A DNA stretch of 64,000 nucleotides, taken from Ginglymostoma cirratum. Taxonomy: Eukaryota. The notes under the pieces were generated by a model. It was given only the letters and a program-made list of their open reading frames with translations, searched no databases and was not told the DNA's origin. Below, piece after piece: positions 57,586 to 64,000 of the stretch (position 1 is its first letter; every line of letters starts with the position of its first letter). Made by a program: the position numbers and the translations under genes. Where the stretch lies: contig JAHRHZ010000069.1 in NCBI GenBank assembly GCA_024137785.1, forward strand, positions 27,942,132 to 28,006,131, given 5' to 3'.

Positions 57586-58269
57586 CTGAATTTCACTTCA
57601 GATGTGCTCCTTCTTACCAATCTCACCTCCCCTTTGTGGCAGCTACAGTTTTACCCTCAGGGTCACCATCCCCTGTGCCCACGTAACCACCCTCAAACCA
57701 GACAGCACATGTGGAGGGCAGTATGAGACCAGAAAAAAAACCCATCGCTTCATTTATAGATCCTTGAAAAAGGAATGCCCAAAATGCTCATAAGAGCAAT
57801 AAAGGCTGTCACATTTGGGCCTTCAGGCAGCTTTCTAAAAATAGTGGCTAGAAGATCTCTAGCCCAGATGTGTATTCTGTTGACCATGTAAAATAAAACA
57901 ATTGGTACTGTTTCAGAGCCTCAAGATATTTGCTATCCACCTCTTCTCAGATCCTCCAATCTGTAGCTGCTGGGTACACACGTTTAGGGCTGCTGTTCCC
58001 ATTCTGTTTCCTCCTCTGACAGATAGATACTCAGAAAAATGAAGTAAGATTTGAGGTCCTATCATTCTGTCCGGATTTGCTTGTAATTAACTTGTAATAC
58101 ATGAGAATGTTCTAGATGTTAAACCACTCCAGAGAAATCCCCTGATCCATGCATGAAATATAATGGGAACATACGCCCAGCATAATAGGTCTCCACCTCT
58201 TTTCTCTATTTTGTTCCCTGGACCTAGTACATTTATTAGCACCATATCCACAAACATTCACCAATTCTC

Positions 58270-58630
58270 AGTAGCAGCAGAATGTACCATCTACAAGATA
58301 CACTGAAGAAATTCACCAAAGCCTCTTAGATGGCACCTTCCAAACCCACAACAACACCAAATATAGAAGGATAAGGGCAACAGAAAAATGGAAATACCAC
58401 CATCTGCAAGTTCTCCTCCAAGCTACTCACCACACAGACTTGGAAATATAATCCCCATTCCTTCAGTGTCACTGGGTTGACATCCTGGAACTCTGTCCCT
58501 AACAGCATTATGGGTGTACTAACACCAAATGGACTGCAGTGATTCAAGAAAACATCTCACTACAACCTTCAAGGGTAACTAGAGATGAACCCAGCTAGGA
58601 ATGCCTACATCCCCTGAATGAATAAAGCAA
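58270..58630 (+). mobile_element. LINE 3' fragment (CR1/L2 clade)
   Basis: TGTACCATCTACAAGATACACTG..GACTTGGAAATATA..GGACTGCAGTGATTCAAGAA..CATCCCCTGAATGAATAAA. Confidence 0.65.
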
Positions 58631-59625
58631 AACTTTCAGTGAGGCAGAGGTAAATTGACATGAATGATACATGGACAAATGTTAGATAGTCTGTGCTACC
58701 GCTGGGATCACTTCATAGACTCCCCATGATTCAGAAACTGCTATCTGATGAATTAAGTTTAATGACACAACAAAATATTCCAGCATTTAAAGACAGGCCA
58801 GCAAGGCGGTAACTCTTATTAAAAATATGTCTTGTAAGAATTTTCCAACTAAAGATGGTGCACACTATGAATGTATTAAAGTGAAATGTTTGATATGTCT
58901 AGTAAATAATCTGGGAACATAAAACAAGAAAAATTGACTGTAGAAGACAGACTATAAGAAGAAATATGACAATATTTTCACAAATTATATTCATTGCAAA
59001 GTTAGCGCATTCCGAAATCAAAGTTGACCATATGACCAACTTAAAGCAAGACTCTTAGTCCTATATTCCTCTATTGTTAGGTCGTTACGTACTTTAGTGG
59101 TGGAGCTGCTGAAAATGTGAAAATTCCTCATCAAATAATAGCCCATTCCTATCAGAAACTCACGAAAAGCAATGTCTTCTCTTAACCAAATACATTGAGG
59201 ACAGAGTGGGGAGTCACTCTGGCCAGTCTAAAAAAAGAACTGTAACAACATTATCTGTAGAATATAGCTTGTCATTTGGCATCCTTTGATCTAAGTCCAA
59301 TACATTACTTTTCTTCTATTTTCTATACCTTAATTATACGATAAACTGACTTATAATTATGTGGGAATTAAGCATTAAACCTGATGCTGTACTCCAAATT
59401 TTACTTCAAAAGGTAAATTTTGCCATTTAAGTTCACACAACTGCAACTACAATGAAGTCTTAAAAATCCATGTATAAATAACATATGAAATAGCTGTACC
59501 AAGCCTTGGATGTCATTTATGTATATCAACTATACAATATTTACCCCAATGTTTACAATATTATCCTAAACTTTCAGCCAGATTGTTTACAGGTCTTAAA
59601 GGCCTGAGGAAGACTTTTATCTAGT

Positions 59626-59981
59626 TCATAGAATCCCAACAGTGTGGAAACAGGCCATTTGGCCAACAAGTCCCAACCAACCTTCGAAGAGCATTCCAAA
59701 CCAGTCCCATCTCCATACTCTTTCCCCGTAACCCTGCATTTCTCATGACTAACACACCTAACCTATACATCCCTGAATACTATGGGCCAATTTAGCATGA
59801 CCAATCCACCTGACCACACATCTCTGCACTGTGGGAGGAAACCAGAGCACATGAAGGAAACCCACATGGACACGGGGAACACATGCAGACTCCACACAGA
59901 CAGTCACCCGAGGGTGGAATCGAACCTGAGTTTCTGGCGCTGTGAGGCACCAGTGCTGACCACTGAGCCACCATGCTGCCC
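59626..59981 (-). mobile_element. HE1-like V-SINE
   Basis: Reverse complement of A box, B box and core; tail TCATAGAATCCC on plus. Confidence 0.88.
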
Positions 59982-60091
59982 TCAAGTGCAACGACTTTGG
60001 ATGTTTTCCTGTATTGAAGGTGCTATAAATACACATGTTTTTATAGGAAGATTGCTTCAAGTTTCACATGAACCAAAATTAAATGTCCAAT

Positions 60092-60531
60092 GTTGAGGTC
60101 GGTTGGCTCACCGAGCTGGTTTCTTGTTTCGTTACCATGCTGGGTAACATCCTCAGTGCAGCAACCGATGAAGCAATATGAACACCAACTGGCTACAAAA
60201 ATACATGACCAATACTCACTCATCTCAATCCACATGGACAAGGAGAACCATGACTTTGACTGGGACAACACCAAAATCCTGGGTCAAGCTAGGCAGAGAC
60301 AGGCACAAGAATTCCTAGAAGCCTGGCACTCCACAAAGCATGCTATTAATAAACACATTGAACTCGACCCTATATACATTCCACTACAAAGGAAAACCAA
60401 AGGCTTCATCGGAGGCTGCATTGAGGATGTTACCCAGCATGGTAACGAAATGTCTGCGAAACAAGAAACCAGCTTGGCGAGCCTACCAACCTTAACACCC
60501 ACAACGCGAACTACAAATCTACTCCAAAACC
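60092..60531 (+). mobile_element. 5'-truncated Penelope-like element (family C): inverted terminal repeat, GIY-YIG C-terminal fragment, terminal repeat; 13-bp TSD
   Basis: EHQLATKIHDQYSLISIHMDKENHDFDWDNTKILGQ..EFLEAWHS..INKHIELDPIY; inverted arms 60091-60174 / 60403-60497; TTAAATGTCCAAT at 60079-60091 and 60532-60544. Confidence 0.88.
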
Positions 60532-62469
60532 TTAAATGTCCAATTTACCTGACCTTTGTCATAATTAGATATTTCTCATGAATATTACCACTGGGTGAAA
60601 TACCTATAAGACTTCTACGATTATAAATTAAAATATTAAGAATTGCATCAATGAAAAACATGTAAAAAAGCATGTAAAAAGTAAGGAATTCTAAAAAAAT
60701 GAAAGTAAATTAGCATTCCACTTGGCATTGGTTACCAGAAAATACAGTTTTAGGAAGGAAATTAGGTAGAATATTCATGCAAATGGGTTGATGGAAGCAA
60801 ACTCAATGGTAATTTTCAAAAGCAAATTTGATCTGTACTTGAAAAGGAAAATTTTGCAATGCTATGGAGAAAGACCAAGGGAGAGGGTTTAATTGGATGG
60901 TTCTTTCAAAATTCTGGCACAGTAACAATGGGCAGAATGACTTCCTTCTGCGCTGTGAGATTCTGAAGTGTTTCTATATGATTAGCATTGCACTTCAAAG
61001 AATTTCTGTTCACTCCCAGTATCTTATTTAAAACCACAATTGCTCAGTTGCTAGCAAATACATCAGGGAGTCTGAGGAAAGGATGGCACACATTAGGACA
61101 CAAGATGTTACAAGATTCTTTGTATGTCTGTGTAGGTTGATTTGGAAACTTAGAAACAATCCATTCCATGGTTTCAATCTTTTAACAACACTTAGAGGGG
61201 ACTGGGTACAATAGCAGATCCTTACAATGTTGAATATATTAAACCAATGGAATTGTACTTTAGGGCCCTACGTTTGAACACTGTCGAGACAGATGGTAAT
61301 ATGATTGTTAATACACAAAAATGAAACAAGTCAGGGCATGCTCCTGTCACAAAATTGACTGCTTAGATGCATTCACTGATTGGGCAACTTGACTCCGAGG
61401 GCCTGTAGAAATGACATATAGGCACTAGCATTAATGCAGCTAAGCTTGAGGAATACAACCAGAACAAAGTAGAATCAACCCTAACTGCACCTAAATTACA
61501 TTGCAAATAATCTGAGAATGCTGCTGGTGTTGGTAGGAAAGATGTGTTATTTTCCCCACAAAACATTACATACCTTAATAATCCCAATCTTCACATACAT
61601 CAAATATATTTACAGTAGCTAAAAATGCTAACACTGGAAAAGGATAGGCAATACACCACTACTTTTTAATGGTCTGATAGATTTGTGTCCAGAATCTAAT
61701 TGGCCTCAGATTTACTACCCATATCTGTAGTGAATGAACCTCTTGTTTTGTATGTAGAAAGAAGAGTAGGTCACTTCTCTACATGTAGAAGAGTGTGGCT
61801 GATCTGTATTTTAATTCTTTTCACGTGCTTTGGCTTTGTATCTTGGTAAACTTGTACCTAGCAAAAAGCTAACAAGTGTAAATAATTCATTAAAGCGTCC
61901 ACTGCTTTTTGCTAAAAAGTTCTTCAGATAAGGCAAGATAGAAATGTGGAACTGTTTTGTATCCTCTTTCCTGATTTGTGGATTTGGATTTTAAGGTTAT
62001 GTCACCTGGCTTATGTAAGGACTGCTCCTGGATGCCTACTGCTTGACTCAAGAGCAAAATTAATAGGAACTTGTGAACATTGTCTGGAGGGTAATGTCAG
62101 ATACAAGGTGAATTAATATATTCAAAAGATGAGAAAAGCATACTTTACAGGTTTAAAAGTGGGTGTCTGTTATCAGATACCCTGACAACTTTTTCCTCGT
62201 ATTTCAGGGACATTGTAACTCCTGTCACCATCCAGAAAGACATCAGAAACAGGTGCATGAGGTAGAATGCTCAATGTGGGCCAAATGTGCACATGTAACC
62301 GTTTCCAATTGACTGTAGGAATTAATGTTAATTTGAAGTAAGAACACGCCTGAAGCAATTCAGGTTCATTCAGGAGATGGTGTTGCCAGAGGCCTTATAC
62401 AGTGGGATTATAATTCGAGGCCATTTCCCAGCATATTTCCATTGATAAAACCAAGAGTTGACAAAGAGG

Positions 62470-63735
62470 ACTGATTAGGTAGTCAGTATTGCTTTGTGCA
62501 TGGGAAATTGTGTCTCACAAATTTAATTGAGTTTTTTTGAGGATATAATGAAAAATATTGATGAAGACAGAGCAGTTGACGGTGTCTGTATTAACTTTAC
62601 TAAAGCGTTTGACAAGGTAGACTAATTAGTAAAATAACATCACATTGAATTCAAGGAGAATTTGCCAATTGGATTCAAAATTGGCTTTATGGTAAGAGTC
62701 AGAGGGTGTTGGTGGAGGGTTGTTTCTTAGATTGGAGGCCTGTGACCAGCGGTGTTCCACAGGGATTAGTTTTGGGACCACTTATTTGTCATTAATATAA
62801 AAAATTTGAATGAGAATTTAGGGGGCATGGTTAGTAGGTTTGTAGATGACTCCAAAATTGTGGTATAGTCTACAGTGAAGATGGTTATCTAAGATTACAA
62901 AGGAATCCTCAATTAGGCTAATGAACTGAGGAGCGGTAGAAGGAGTTTAATTTGGATAAATGTGAGGTATTGCATTTTGGTAAAACAAACAAGGGCAGGT
63001 CTTATACAGTTAATGGTAGGGCTCTGAGTAGTCTTGTCAAACAGAGAGACCTAGGGGTTCAGGTTCATAGTTCTTTGAAAGTTGCTTCACAGGTAGTCAG
63101 GGTGGTTAAGAAGGTGTTTAACACACCTGCCTTCATTGGTCAGACCATTGACTATAGCAGTTGGGACATCATATTGAGGTTGTAAAGGACTTTGGTGTGG
63201 CCACTTTTGAGGCACTGTGTACAATTCTAGTCGCCCTGCTAGAGAAAGGATATGATTAAATCGGAGAGGGTTCAGAAAAGATGTTGCCAGGACTGGTGTG
63301 TTTCAGTTATAAGGATAAGCTAGGATTTTTTTCACTGGAGTGTAGGAAATTGAGGGGTGACCTTATAGAGGTTTATAAAATTATGAGAGACATAGATAAG
63401 GTGATTGGCAAAGGTGTTTTCCCTAAGGGGCGGGAGTTCAAAACTAGGGGGCATATATTTAAGGTGAGAGGAGAAAGATTTATACGGGACCTGAGGGGCA
63501 ACTTTTTCACATAGAGCATGGTTCGTATGTGGAATCATCTGCCGTAGAATGTGGCAGACAGCAGGTATAGTTACAACATTTAAAAGACTTATGGATAGGT
63601 ACATGAATAGGAAAGATTTAGAGGGATTTGGGCTTAATGCAGTCAAATGGGACTAGTAGTCATTTGGAAAACTTGGTCAGCATGGGCGAATTGGACTGAA
63701 AGGTGTATGACTCCGTGCTGTATGACTCTACGACT
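62470..63735 (+). mobile_element. CR1-clade LINE 3' fragment, degraded
   Basis: FTKAFDK, GVPQGLVLGP, FVDDSK, DKCEVLHFGKTN, RDLGVQVH, LRGDLIEVYKIM; tail GTGCTGTATGACTCTACGA. Confidence 0.9.
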
Positions 63736-64000
63736 GTAGGCCAGAGCAGGTGATTATATCGTGTTCCTTTGAAATGGATGAAAGAAATAAATCAATTTCT
63801 GGATTTGCCAAGCCAGTGACATTCACGATGGGTCAGGAATCTGTTGACTGCAAGCTCAAAGATCTGAAGTCTGTTCAGTGGGGACAGGATAGGAACTGCA
63901 GGAACTATCGTTCCATCATTGTGCAGTGAGTGTGCGACCATGCACAATATGCCCTGGCAGTTCATGCCTGACAACCTAACAAGGAATATAAAAACTGACA

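Noticed and set aside
1-64000. CRISPR array, prokaryotic operon or endogenous viral gene
   Set aside because: No regularly spaced repeats and no long intact ORFs; all recognisable coding signal is filamin exons or transposon remnants.

Overview
Vertebrate genomic DNA. The repeat complement (HE1/V-SINE-like, CR1, Penelope) points to a cartilaginous fish, probably a shark (inference). The window holds the 5' part of a filamin gene on the minus strand. Its 19 coding exons run from 50152 down to 334, total 2926 nt (about 975 codons), all have GT-AG boundaries and are phase-compatible. They encode the CH1-CH2 actin-binding domain and the first ~7 Ig-like filamin repeats; the gene continues past position 1. 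Diagnostic residues identify it as FLNB, with a FLNA-like 19-aa N-terminal extension. Coding exon 1 lies in a CpG island (~48.9-50.8 kb) and intron 1 is ~29 kb. Introns and the upstream region are dominated by transposon fossils: CR1 and Rex/Babar LINEs, tRNA-derived SINEs, and at least three Penelope-like families. The Penelope terminal repeats carry decayed minimal hammerhead-ribozyme motifs, often as head-to-head inverted pairs with target-site duplications. A two-gene PIF/Harbinger fossil (DDE transposase plus Myb/SANT-like ORF, convergent) lies 3.7-6 kb upstream of the start codon. I see no evidence of a wholly new system; the hammerhead/Penelope architecture is the most notable signal. 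Repeat family assignments and human comparisons rely on recalled sequences, not database searches.
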